Positions 12,401 through 23,900 of a DNA stretch of 64,000 bases are shown here, piece by piece (within the stretch, counting starts at the first letter, position 1; each line of letters starts with the position of its first letter). Source of the stretch: Diadema antillarum (taxonomy: Eukaryota); assembly GCF_040938485.1 (NCBI RefSeq), contig NW_027271999.1, positions 682,001-746,000 on the forward strand. The letters are read 5' to 3'. Under the pieces are notes generated by a model, which saw only the letters and a program-made list of their open reading frames with translations, was not told the DNA's origin and did not search any database. A program made the translations under genes and the position numbers.

Positions 12401-15400
12401 TAGCATTGTCATTGGTAAAAGATTCACTCTAAATTAATGATAAACTGGTTGTCATCAGAATATTTGTATTTATATTTTTTTTTAAAGTCACAGATATATC
12501 TGGTTACTATGAAGAACAGTATTGTATTTGACCATAAACTTCAATGTAAACTGATCAACCACTGTTAGTTCAAAATCTAGGGGACCTTTGGCTTCAATGC
12601 TTGTTTGAAATATGAATCATGTGCACATATACGACATCACCTTAACCCACTCCCAGTCAGACTCCAAAATTCCCCAAAGACTTTGCACTGCCCCACCTAG
12701 TTATCATGAGCTAAGGGTTGAGAGAAAACATGGTCGGCAATCTTAAAGGATAACCCTGATAGGCAAAAAAAAACAACAAGAAACCTAGAACCTATCAGCT
12801 ACAGCTGAAATACAAAGCATATAATCCCAGTATCGGCAAATGACAAAGAGAAAACACTCACCTTCTTTTTGCTGGCGCTGTCATAATACCTGCAATAGGG
12901 AATAAGAACAAAAATAAAACATTATTTGATAAGTTGTCTTGATGATGACAGATGAGAGGTGGAAAAATTACAGATGCTTGCAAGATATGGAGACAAATGT
13001 GTTGACGAAAAATATGTGAATAATCCCAATCACTACTCCAGTCCCTAATTGTGCTTTTTGCTTTGGGGAATTTTTTTTAAATCTTATTCACTGCTTCACT
13101 CTTTTTCATTCACTTAACCTTATTAATTAAACATCACTACAGTCTGCAGTCCCAAATTATTGTGTCTAGATACTGCTTCTGGGAAAACTTTGTCACTTTG
13201 CAAGAAAATTACATTTACAACAGCGTAGTTCTGTTTGCTATTAGCATTTTTGAGAGCAGTATACAAAATCATGTCGATACACTGGATTGATATAATTTGA
13301 TTTGGAATATATGTACAGTTGTAGATGCCATCCTTCTAATGATTAGTAAAGAATACAGCATAGGGCCCTATATAATCTGGTAACAACATGGGGATGCTTT
13401 TTTATTGAGTAATATCAAATACTGTACCAGCAGTGGATTTTGCAACTGCAAACTCATATTTTTACTACACTATGTCACAAGAAACTATTTCTGACAGTAT
13501 TTGAGCAGATAATTCTTGCTAAGGAAATGAAAAATATCTCTGAATGTATTCCATAACATAATTCCATCACCATGATGCAAATTGGCAAAATGCCAGCATG
13601 GCATCATTCAAACCTTGTAGATATTCCCATTTGGAATATCAAATTGTCGATGACACTTTGCAGAGATGCTGTATTGGGAGCTTGGGGCGCAGATTTCCAA
13701 ATTTTGACTTTTCAGAGAGAAATATGTGAGGATGCGAAACTGCCAAGTCCGAGTTGAGTGGGAAGGTCAGCTACGAGCTGCTCTTGCATTCCTCAATGTT
13801 TGAGTTATTACTGGGACTGCATAAACCAGATAACTCTCCCTCCTTCTCTCTTACTCACTTTTCTGACCCAATTCACACTCGCAAAATAAGGGCATTTTCT
13901 TTGAGACTAATATCTCACACCAATGATTAATTTAGAAGCACTGCTTTGTTTCCCGACACAATGTCCTTGTCCCTTGACTTTTTATGCCCTGATGTCACTG
14001 ACATGCTTCCATGATTCCTCTTCTTTTATATGAAAGGAACTTCATTTCCCCCACGACACTTCACTTTCAAACTTTATGTACAAAACAGCAGCAAGAGCTG
14101 CATACTGTAAGCTGTTATATTCACATACAGAATTTCCGTGAATGAGGAGATCACAGACAGATGCTGTTTTCACGAATTTGCACCGACGCAAATCGTAAAT
14201 GCACTATTACCACAGAGAATGGCGACATTTTTTGCATGTTGTTAGATTCGCAAGCCAACATAGAACATTGTCCGGAGGACATCCAGACAGGGTCTGTTAC
14301 TACTGCAGGGCATCTCACTAGCCTGCCCTTTTCATGGGCACTAGTTAACTTTAAAACTGATCTCATTTTGTGAATGTTAATGAGGTCTCCTCTGCCCGTC
14401 CCCCCCCCCCCCCCCCATTAACAACAGATAAACACACTTTTTTTTTTCTCATGTTACCATTTTGACAGGGACACTCCAATTTTGATCACACGAGGACTGG
14501 AGGTGGCAGACTTTAGTTAGGTTCACACGCTGTTACTAAACTTTAAATTTAGGTCGAAAACTTAAGTCTCGATGATTAGCTTGTAGTAATAAGCACCATG
14601 TGGACACACTTGAAAGTTAGCAATCTCAAAGTTTAGTCAATGATTAGAACCAAGAGACATCTTACGGTTAACACTCTCTCCATGAGCCATGGGGGGGGGG
14701 GGTCCCTACTCGTAGTTTTGCTCCCTGTGGACACAATTATCAACGAGCTTGTGAGTTAGCAAGACCCACGCTTCTCGTTCACATCCGGGTCAACCTCCAG
14801 CTGTGCTAATCTGTATAGGCATACTGAGGTCATCGAGCAAAGACTATCTGCACTTCCAGTGTTATCATCGAGTGGGATTCGCTCGTAGGTTGTAACTTAA
14901 AGTTTATGTGCCACATGACCCCGTGCTGTGAATTCATGAGTGGAGCTGATTAAATCATCAACAGTTAAGTTTTTGACCCAAACTTCAAGTTTGGCAACTG
15001 TGTGTGAACATAGCTTTCGTCGGAGAGGCTATGAGAGGGAAGTTCCCTAAAGATGTCAAGAAAATGCCAGGAATGACTGCCATTCCAGCATCCTGGACTA
15101 AACCGGGATGAAGAATCTGGAATTCTCTCAGATTGGTATCTCAACACTCACACGGCATTCCCATTAAACAATGCAATTACTTCACGGATCTGTCATATGG
15201 ATATATGATACTCCCTCTGACTACAGTGTAGGAGTCAAAATGCTTTCATTTTCACTGGGTGACAGACTGGCTTTCTTTTTGACTTGCACTTCCACATGAC
15301 AGCTTCTATAAAAGTCACCTTTTTCTTTGAGAGCCTACTTTACAGTTAGACATGTAAAACTCTGAAGGTCTTTTGTACAAAAGTAACATTTGTGGCAGTT

Positions 15401-17131
15401 TGTTATTCCTCTTATCAGAGAGTTCTTGCTTTTTGTGACTTTTCTTAAATCACACTGGAGAATGGCGCTGGCAGAATCATACTGCATCGATATATTTTTA
15501 CCTTCCACATTGTATGTTGTACATCGTATGATGAACGCAAAAATTGAATGAACCAATTGGATTAGATGGGTCACTTCGCTGCTAAAAACTGAATTTCAAC
15601 TGCAGTTTAGATTGTTAAATTTCAAAGAGCAACTTTCACAGCACCCGTACATGCACAAGTTGTGGTAGCTGCTTTCCAAAAAGCACTTAGGCTGTCTTAC
15701 ACTCATCATAGTGGCTAAAAAGTATTTGTGTCATATCAAAACAAACCTTGCATTATTCATGTTATCAACATCATCCATTACCCAACAACTGCATTTACAA
15801 ATAGGGTTGTTTTTTTCTCCAGACTAGGAAATATATGGAGTATTCATTTCAAAGAAAATAAACACAAAAGCCAGGGAACTGAATCATTGCTATGTATCTA
15901 AACAAACAATGCACAAACACCATTACATAGCTTAAAATTGCTTGGTGCATGCAAAGGTCTAGGGGGCAAACTATATCATCATAACAAAAAAATAATGTAA
16001 TACACTCATGATTTTCTTTTCATTGCTGACACAGTTCTACCAGTGGGACTACACTCCCTGTCTAGCCACAAAACACCAATGAATGGGAACTCAACAGTGT
16101 TATTGAAATTTTACCCAATATCTCCTATCACAGAAAATATGAAGCTTTGTCATGGGGGGGGGGGGGGTGCGATGTATCACCCCAGGCATTTTACTTTGTC
16201 TGTGATGAATGTGGAGTAATATCACGTTAATGCACGTTGTGCAAAGCCTGCTGTCATACGTACATGTATGGCAGCCACTCCTTTACGTATTACCGGTAAT
16301 CGCTTTCATACCGATTAAGGGCACATGTCAACACAAACAAAAAAACATACAAAGCAATAACCTCACTTTGATAGTCACTGGCAGTGAGCATTTATGTTAA
16401 TTCGATTACCTGAAGTGAGTCCTTTACAGGGGATTACACAAAGACCAGTATAAATTTCAAGATGTTTTAGCAGGTGAGTATAAAGAATCAGGAACAATCA
16501 ATTACGCACAACCACAAAGATATGGAAGAATATCATAACACATAAGGTATACTATTAATAAAATGTACTTCATAATAAAAAATTTGTCTCATATAAGAGA
16601 ACTCTTTCTTGTTCATTTTTCCACCACTTACTGCAACAACATAATTATTTCAAAAATGCCCTTGAGCAAAACTTTCATCTGATGATTTCAGATAGTCCAT
16701 GCCCTTTAAAAAGGAGGGAGTGTCTCCATAGATGGCAGCATGCTGGATAAATCTATTCTAAACACAGGAGTTAAAGTACATTGTATCTCCCATTCGTTTG
16801 AATCCCAGGGTAATGCACATTACATTCACATTGATCTACAATGGGAATCAATCACTAACATGATTTGAAAGCTACCGATCATTAAGCATTGAGGCAGTTG
16901 TGGCAAGGATTGCACATTTACCATATCAAATAATGCACAAACCCTGTAAGCTAGGGAGCTTGTTAAAGACCTGGGGACTCACAGTTGGTCCAATTGACTA
17001 AAGTAATCTTTATTTGCTACCTGATGGAATACATTTGAAAACCATGAGTAGCCCCGGATATGCTCAAGCTACAAGAGGATTGTACAAACTTACCCATTTG
17101 TGGGCGGAGTGACAGAGTAGCCGGTGTCCAT
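294..17131 (-). CDS. TJP1: ZO-1/TJP1-like tight-junction MAGUK, spliced CDS of 9 exons in the window, 3'-partial (N-terminal extension, PDZ1, PDZ2, start of PDZ3)
   Basis: The joined exons give [13 protein letters not shown]|YYDSASKKK|SRGG...[11 protein letters not shown]|[42 protein letters not shown]|[34 protein letters not shown]|TYKRK...[16 protein letters not shown]...KGDKILA|[21 protein letters not shown]...|...|...[27 protein letters not shown]. These match the ZO-family PDZ1 ([29 protein letters not shown]), PDZ2 and PDZ3 (SVGLRLAGGNDVGIFVAG) signatures. All 8 introns are GT-AG and phase-compatible. Confidence 0.96.
1101..1152 (-). CDS. TJP1: ZO-1-like 52-nt exon, proline-rich PDZ2-PDZ3 linker (phase 1 to 2)
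   Basis: Acceptor tttgtttgtctccttcag, donor GG|gtaagg. Encodes (Y)[16 protein letters not shown](G). It is needed to reconcile the phases of the flanking exons and is absent from the ORF track. Confidence 0.9.
1277..1402. repeat. Minisatellite of 4 units (31, 33, 31, 31 bp)
   Basis: Unit GAACATTGCTGAAGAGCATAACTCTTTTGAG repeated head to tail with no spacers. Confidence 0.9.
1548..1752. mobile_element. MITE-like element with an internal degenerate telomere-like (CCCTAA)n tract
   Basis: Imperfect inverted ends (gtctagggcaatgacccc / ggggataattgcccagatac) with subterminal GGCAATTACCC repeats. Central cctaaccctaa-type array at about 1600-1700. Confidence 0.7.
2298..2520 (-). CDS. TJP1: ZO-1-like exon, end of PDZ2 plus linker (223 nt, phase 0 to 1)
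   Basis: Acceptor ctgccacag, donor TTTT|gtaaga. Encodes [31 protein letters not shown]...[15 protein letters not shown]. Confidence 0.93.
2541..2678. other. Assembly gap (138 N) in a purine-rich microsatellite within an intron
   Basis: N run flanked by aggagg and (gaa)n-like sequence. Confidence 0.95.
3157..3369 (-). CDS. TJP1: ZO-1-like exon, PDZ1-PDZ2 linker and first part of PDZ2 (213 nt, phase 0 to 0)
   Basis: Acceptor tatttcctatttccaaactacag, donor GCT|gtaagt. Encodes [14 protein letters not shown]...[39 protein letters not shown]. Confidence 0.93.
3436..3528. mobile_element. 85-bp TTAA MITE family A (piggyBac-like ends)
   Basis: TTAA|CCCGTTGAGGA...TCCTCAACGGA|TTAA. About 84% identical (14 mismatches in 85) to the 5370 copy, in opposite orientation. 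Confidence 0.85.
4421..4523 (-). CDS. TJP1: ZO-1-like exon, second half of PDZ1 (103 nt, phase 2 to 0)
   Basis: Acceptor ccctgtccaccatgcag, donor ATC|gtgagt. Encodes [34 protein letters not shown]. Confidence 0.95.
5100..5224 (-). CDS. TJP1: ZO-1-like exon, first half of PDZ1 with the GFGI carboxylate-binding loop (125 nt, phase 0 to 2)
   Basis: Acceptor ttattcaacag, donor AA|gtaagt. Encodes [41 protein letters not shown]. Absent from the ORF track. Confidence 0.96.
5366..5458. mobile_element. 85-bp TTAA MITE family A (piggyBac-like ends)
   Basis: TTAA|CCAATTGAGGAC...ATCCTCAATGGG|TTAA. Confidence 0.85.
5838..5932. mobile_element. TTAA MITE family A (piggyBac-like ends)
   Basis: TTAA|CCCATTGAGGAC...GTCCTCAATGGG|TCAA, opposite orientation to the 5370 copy. 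Confidence 0.85.
6690..7860 (-). mobile_element. Decayed DIRS1-like retrotransposon relic (gag-like and RT-like fragments)
   Basis: Minus-strand translation near 6790-6865, [25 protein letters not shown], has the spacing of the DIRS RT motif MET-x12-W-x-SIDLKDAY and is followed by an LFG segment. Near 7330-7600, AVDSALHLT...LVQRFL...LRLPDTPVS resembles DIRS gag. Stops and frameshifts are present. Recognised by eye, not by database search. Confidence 0.55.
8850..9180 (-). mobile_element. Possible degenerate piggyBac/PGBD transposase relic
   Basis: Minus-strand [21 protein letters not shown] resembles the piggyBac W-x-D-x-T-x-x-E-M...GLL motif. Downstream are frameshifted EDL*/GTGVP and CIDQ (compare SIDE). 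Weak and broken. Confidence 0.3.
9833..10309 (-). CDS. TJP1: ZO-1-like exon, Gly/Ser/Asp/Arg-rich N-terminal extension and first strand of PDZ1 (477 nt, phase 0 to 0)
   Basis: Acceptor ttctttcttccattatag, donor AGG|gtaagt. Open frame [11 protein letters not shown]...[11 protein letters not shown]. It overlaps track ORF 9578..10213. Confidence 0.9.
12862..12889 (-). CDS. TJP1: ZO-1-like 28-nt microexon (phase 2 to 0)
   Basis: Strong acceptor ttttgttcttattccctattgcag and donor AAG|gtgagt. Encodes (G)YYDSASKKK. Phases fit both neighbours. Confidence 0.8.
14516..15014. mobile_element. Non-autonomous DNA element with about 60-bp imperfect TIRs (Harbinger-like ends)
   Basis: Left gttaggttcacacgctgttactaaactttaaatttaggtcgaaaacttaag versus reverse complement of the right end, gctatgttcacacacagttgccaaacttgaagtttgggtcaaaaacttaac. 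Confidence 0.7.
17094..17131 (-). CDS. TJP1: ZO-1-like start-codon exon, coding part (38 nt, ends in phase 2)
   Basis: ATG in good Kozak context (caagtATGG), peptide [12 protein letters not shown](G), donor GG|gtaagt. Confidence 0.78.
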
Positions 17132-17347
17132 ACTTGCTCCTCACCTCTTTTGCTCCCCTCCTTCACACACACTCTTCCCTCTTTGTTTTCTTTCCTCTCT
17201 TTTAATATTTTCTTCCCCCTCCTTTCTCTCCTTCAAAACAATGTCCGATCAATAACGCTGTTTCTGTGAAGCACGCCCTCTCAGGTCTGGAAACCCATTG
17301 ATGCGGAGTCGCACCAACTCCTGATGAGAATGATCAGCGTTCTCCTT
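17132..17347 (-). other. 5'UTR part of the start-codon exon (whole exon 17094-17347)
   Basis: Acceptor tttgtctttctgtgcttcatttcag at 17348. All three frames hit stops before the ATG. Purine-rich stretch before the start codon. Confidence 0.65.
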
Positions 17348-20300
17348 CTGAAATGAAGCACAGAAAGACAAACAAACATGACACACTCATTGATTCAGAA
17401 ATAATTCAAGCAGATATTGGTACACCCCACGTCTTATCACCAATTCAACTCAATCCCCCACATCAATAAACGTTTTAAGCAGGTACGTTTTGTACACTGT
17501 AAAGTTACTGCCGATATGCCGAACACACTTCCATTGCCATGAACATGCGTAATATTTGACATATCATACATTAGCAAATATCACTCAACTCATAAACTGT
17601 GCCAAAATAACACCATACCAATGTGTGGCATCCATACCATAGATTGTGACTAACTTTCTATTGTATGCACGTGATGGTTGCTGACAAAGATCCAACACAT
17701 GAAGCTGGCAGCATACTATCACGTCGTTATTACTGCTATTACCACATTCGCATTGAATAAAAAACGAAAACAAACAATCCACCATTTTCTTTGTCCACAC
17801 CCTCGACATCTTTCCCCCCCCCCCCATCTTCAAATTCAGACTCCATATCTCCATGTGTCCGCTATGACTGACAGCTCACAATCCTAGTCTTAATTGGTGG
17901 TAATTCAATCACACGGCCAAGTATACGATGTTACAGGCCTTAGGCTGGTCGTCTGGCAGACGTTCCGTTCCCACTCCTAAATCACCTAGTCCCTGGCATG
18001 TGTGTGTGTGTGTCTACCCACGACAAGTCGGGGAGATCTGATATAGGCTTGAGAGTGATGACAAAACAACCTCCAGCGACTGAACAGCTGAGCGCTATAA
18101 ATAACTCAGAATAACATCATAGTCATGTCCCCAGATGACCCTAGTGGTTGACCCAGCCGTCCAGGGAATCCATTTTATGATATCTTCTTTTTTTTACCTT
18201 TGTTATTCCCGCTTTGTTTTACACTGCCTCTCCATAATGCATGTATGATGGCCAATTAACATTTATTGACCCTCTGTCGGTATCCCCCGAAGCAAAGGGG
18301 AACACAATTTGCGCTTTCTTTGAACGATATTGCACAAAATACGTGGGGCGGGGAATCACATTTGAAAGATGAGTGTATGTGTGTGGGGGCAGGAGAGAAA
18401 GAAGCCAGAAGTATAAAGACTATGCGAACATTAATCATATACAGTGTGACTGTCACGCACATTAATATGACTATAAGCAACGCATCTGTTCACAGTTCAT
18501 ACACCGAAAGAGGAAAGATTTTGGATGCCATCTTTCACACAAGCACACGATCAGTATCATGTGAGAGAGATGCTTCATCCAGAAATAGTGGGAAAAATGA
18601 GCGTCTCATCGGACAACACAGTGATCTACATTATTACATCAGAGCACACAGGGAGTGGGATTACATGCTCACTACTGCTGCAAATACCTGTTGCCATTAT
18701 TGAGACGTACCTACGTATCATAAATGGTATGCAAATGCGAGCATTAATGGGGAAGGGACACAAGAGAAAGTTCATCTATTGCTGGTATCCTATGAGTAAC
18801 TACTTTCACCAGTGAGTACGGATCCCCTTCAAAAAAAAAAAAAAAAAATCAAATATTACAGATGGTTTTATAGCGTATTGTCTGTGATTTTGACAGGTGC
18901 TATAATCAATGTCTTTTAATACCCAACTTCCTACACATTGTAGCACAGTCTACATGTTCTGTAGGCCCTATGTAGGATACCTAGATAGCATTTGATAGCA
19001 CTAATATTGTATGGATGATTATTTTCTCCACTGAAGAGCAAATCAAAGGGCTAGATTTATTTAAAAACTACCTTTGAGAAACGTATTCTTTCGAGCTGAT
19101 TTTTTTTTTGGATCTATTTCATGAATTCCAGCATTTCATACGTCAGTATAACCCTATTTCACTCTGAGTATGACAATGGGCATAGCATTGACTCTCTTGC
19201 CATTCATTTCAATCAAATGTTGCCAGAATTTAGCCTTATTTCCATGCTGTATTTTCATTCCACCAGCCATAAATATCTGGGCAAATATAGACAAATTCTG
19301 TTCAGAGTCTAGAGACAGTAAATCAAAGCTCTGCTTTTCCCATTGAAAACTCTTAGTGAAAAAAAAATGCATTTCCTTGGTTATACATCACAATAGGTAA
19401 TTGATATTTGCTCAAAATAAGACACACATTATGTACATGCACAAAGAAGTTGTAAAAATATGAACAGTATGAAATACTGTAAAAGTAGGCATTTTGGCAT
19501 GAGTGATTTTTTTGTGCTCAGCCGGGTAAGATAAGTTTCGTGTGTTTTTAATTCCCCGGAATCAGGACAACTACTACTGGAACATACAAGCAAAAATATT
19601 CATGTGCTTTTTATTTTCATAGTAGTTTCTTGTTGCCCGAAATGCATGAAAATTTCAACAGTGCAAATTCTCCACTTTTGATAGTAGATCTATATAAAGA
19701 CAGTCATGCCACTTGCGGCCTGGCAACCAGGCTAAACCCACACTGGGCATCCCCTACCCAACCACCACCATGATATACAGCCACGCTCCGTGGTAACAGC
19801 GTGGTAGCAGCGAGCTAGAGTGGTGGATGTTTGACAGGCAACAGGTGCCAGCTGCATCCCATGGGAGGGGGACGCTGACGGCTGACCTGGACTGATGCTG
19901 CCAGATTGTAGGGGAGCAGCAAAAACAGCAGCAGCAGCAAGCAAGCAAGCAAGCAAGCAGCAAAACATGAAATATGTTTTCTCAAATGCAAAACATACAG
20001 ACCCAGTTTTTATAGAATGTGAAAGGCTGAGACAAACAACTTTAAAGGCCCATTCACACACAGGCATTATGTGCGTACATGTGTGGAACAGACTGGTATA
20101 AAAATACCTGGTGTGAATAAGGAGAGATTTAAACAAACAAAAAAAGAAAAAGACAATAATGTCCAAAACAGGTTGCAAACACCAGTGTCACTGGTAACAT
20201 CCAGAGTAAACTGTTCTCATGCTTGTTCTACAGGATCTGATAGAGGAAGACAAAATTATGCAAGAAGAATGCACAAAGTACACTTGTAGCAGCTCGAACA

Positions 20301-20732
20301 ACAAATCAAACATTTCATGATTGAATCCTAACTGATCAAAATGAATGACAAGTTAATGAAGAGCAGGCAACATGATATATTCGTGAATGCTACGATTTTT
20401 TTTAGTTCCTCTAGAAAGAGACACCGAATGATGCCTCCCATCGAATGCTGTCAAGAAAGGGAAGTGTGTCCTTGAAATTTCTCCAAATATGATTTACAAG
20501 TTTTGTTTAATTTGGAATGGTGTCACTATTGAAGCAAGCACAAAATTAATACAGCAATATGATCTGTACTTCTAAAATTGCGACTGGTGTCTTCGAGCAA
20601 AGACGCCCATGATCTACTTCATACACCCCAAGATGTAGAGTACATGGGGGGGGGGGGGGGGGAGTAAAGCCTTCAAACTATTGAGATGCTGAGCAAATAC
20701 TTTATTTTTTCATCTTTCTTTCCGTGGGTGAG

Positions 20733-20914
20733 CAGGGCCCCGTTGCTAAAACTTTGCGTTTAAATGCAACTTGCAACTGATTGTCACTGGCCAATCAAAA
20801 TCATTGTTGCATGCATGTCTTCTTAATAGGGCAGACCCTGAGCCAATCAGAATGGTTGTTTCAAAATTAGCAATTATTTGCAATTGATTGCAACTTTCTT
20901 GCAACGGGGCCCTG
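20733..20914. mobile_element. MITE with GGCCCCGTTGC TIRs (Harbinger-like), CAG/CTG flanks
   Basis: cagggccccgttgctaaaa ... ttcttgcaacggggccctg. Contains two CCAAT boxes. Confidence 0.75.
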
Positions 20915-23900
20915 TTCTAAAAAAAGAAGTAAATGTCAGATAGCTTTCTTTCACTAGAAGTTCAGAGTCCATAAAGTGATGAGGAAGACAGTATTTCTTC
21001 CTTTTCTCTTCTATCTATAGGCCTATAAAGGGAGCTGCTGACTGTTTTGTGAACGACGTGATTAGCCTATCGAGCTCCTGGGGCCCTGATGGGAGTACAC
21101 AAAACAGCAAACATCCAGGGATGCGGCACAACTAATCCGCGGCGCGCAATGGGGAAACGCGTGCCGACGATATCACGTGTCTTTATCGCCGAGGAGCAGA
21201 TGTTGCCAGTACCACTGGTGAGCAAACCCGCTCCTTGTAAAAACCTCCTGCTTTAGCACATCAACAACAAATGTGACAACTCTGTCATCTGCACCTCTCA
21301 TCATATACTAAAATGTTCTAAATATTTGTAATTATGCGTGCAATCCCCTTGGATGCTGTTATTGAATACAGATTTCGGAGTCACTTCCTTACAATCTCTT
21401 GAACTGCTCAGTATCTGAACAATGTTTACAAGCTCCTACTTGTACAGGTCCACATGTTGGGTATTATCACTAAAGACATAATGTTCTCCTGCTGTGTATT
21501 AAAATGAATTCACCCCTCCCTCCCCCTTCCCCTCTCCCTCCCCCTCCCATTTTCAAGTTGTCAACAAGAAAGGGGGCCATCATAACTCTGAGGATAATTA
21601 TATCATGTAGTTGATGTGTGGCGCTATTCTCCAGGTAGCTAGCCTGTATATTTGTTAATATATGATAGCATTTAATCTGTCCCCAGATGGTAACAAGTCT
21701 TGTGGAAAACAATTTGAACACTCACATTTTTTCCCCAAAGGAGCGATTACTTTGGATTATGTTACAACTGTATATCAAGAAATTATGTTCCTACCCCAGA
21801 TGTAGACTTTGTAGGTGATCACTGTTTGAAAAAACAGAGAGGAAATAAATGTCTGAGAGGGAGAGACAGACAGACAGACAGACAGATCACAGACCAACAG
21901 ACAAGTGAGGGAGAGAGGAAAGCAATGTTTACACTACTGTTACAAATCTTCTGGTAGAAAAGTGATAACAAAACAAAGAGGGAATGTAAACAAATGAGAT
22001 ACAATGAAGAAAGGAAGGAATAGCACTATATAATCACACTGGTAATTGAAAAAAAAAATGTGTGTGTTTGTTTGTATAAACATGCATGCCTGTGTAACCA
22101 TTGGGGGCAGATGGGGGTTTGAGATCTATGTTCCGCTTTTGTACAGCTTTGCTACTGATCTTCAGCATCAAATAAAATTCTCACATGCATGCTGACTATA
22201 TGTACATGTATGTTTCCACTTGAGAATCGGAGCAGCATTACCCTACATGCCACTGGACCTTGTGACATTCTGTGAAAATGAAACCATTAAAAGAATGCTG
22301 CTGAAATCTAAAGTGAAATATGTAACTGATCTGATTTACAATTCTCAATTTTGTCTAGGCCATAGACAGCAGTGTTGGAATAAACAGTGAAGTTTACAAT
22401 GAGCATGGTGATCTGGTCAAGGATGTGGGGACAGTGATAGCATGTGTGTCAAAACTTCTGTATGCTTGACTGTTTGTTCCATCCACATTAACATCATTTT
22501 AGAGCTCAATAGGTAATGTTCTAAAATGTTTGACATTCAGTTATTATTATTTTGATCAGTGTCTCTGGAACACTAGGGTAACACTTGTCTCATGGCAGGC
22601 ATCCTGTAGCATCCACAATGTTTCTCCTGTGGCCCAGCGTCAACTCTTTAACTGCAGGCCTTTAAATAACAATTACCAAACCCCAAATCCTAAACCCAGC
22701 TAGATCTGGCCAGGTAAATCTACCCGTTTATTAACGATCCATGCAGGGCTTGAAACCACAATTCCCATGAATGGAGCTGACACAGTGGTGAAGTACATGG
22801 AGCAGATAATCTCAGGAGACACTTAATCTCCCCTTATGTTTTCACATTCCAAAGTCACATGGGTGACTTATCTCCCAATGTGTACTGGACTAATGAGCAA
22901 GAGCTAGTGGAGGTTTGTAGCGCAAGCTATTCCCCACTCTGTGCAGAAGGGGATCGACCCTGGTACAGGTATCCTTTAATACATCACACACTTGTAATCC
23001 CCTAATCAATGGAAAGGACAGATTCCAGGTCAGGCCGAGGTTATTAAGCACTCTTTAATGGTCAGTTCAGAGCAGACAAGCTACTTGACATTGTGAGGTA
23101 AATCAATAAAACTGGCCTTGTCTACCACTGTGTGGCAGACTTTGGTACAAGGCCTATGGAGATGTCATTTTCAGGAACTCATACCAAGGAGCTGAAGCTC
23201 CTTGCTCATACTAAGGACCATTCTGTGCCATACTCAGCCTGATATAAATCAAAACTTTGGAAGCCACACATGAGTCATGGCCAACCATTTCCCCGCTTTT
23301 ACAAAAATCTTCCTTGGACCAGAAATTCTCAACATCTATCATATGCCACTCATCCGCACAAGTTACATGATGTCTTTGTAGTTGGGATGATATTGATAGT
23401 CAATTCAGCACTGTACATGCCAAGGGGGAGATGGCTAACTTTTTTCTTGAAGAATCATGATACACATTTTGTACTTTAATATGTCTTATTCCTTCAAAGT
23501 GGTCTACCATTGAAAATTCAACAATTCATGAAATTTACTTAAAGTCACACTTTTGTAAAATTTCATGATAAAAAAAAATATAAAATACATGCAATAAATT
23601 ATACCATGGATAACAACCACTGATTTATAAATGTAATACAACAACAAAACTTTATCACATGGTATTGGTACATTGTGTAATTATCAAATTCACAATGTGT
23701 CTAATTATTATTATTAATCATAATGTGATTTCACTATGCAGACGCAGATTCAACTATTGATCATTATTATCAGCAATCAGCAATCCACATGTACCTCCTT
23801 ACAGTGTCAGCAATATTTTCCAATCATGCTCCCTGTGAAGATTTTTTGTTTTGCTTTGGTTCCACGCAATACCATTGATCATGTGACCGAGGCAATATGA

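Noticed and set aside
17287-17300. Internal AATGG|gtttcc donor that would fuse KENADHSHQELVRLRING to the 28-nt exon
   Set aside because: Very weak donor compared with GG|gtaagt at 17094.
19732-20178. Overlapping ORFs and a possible exon around 19.75-19.9 kb
   Set aside because: Driven by (GCA)/(GCAA) microsatellites, with weak splice sites and no similarity to ZO.
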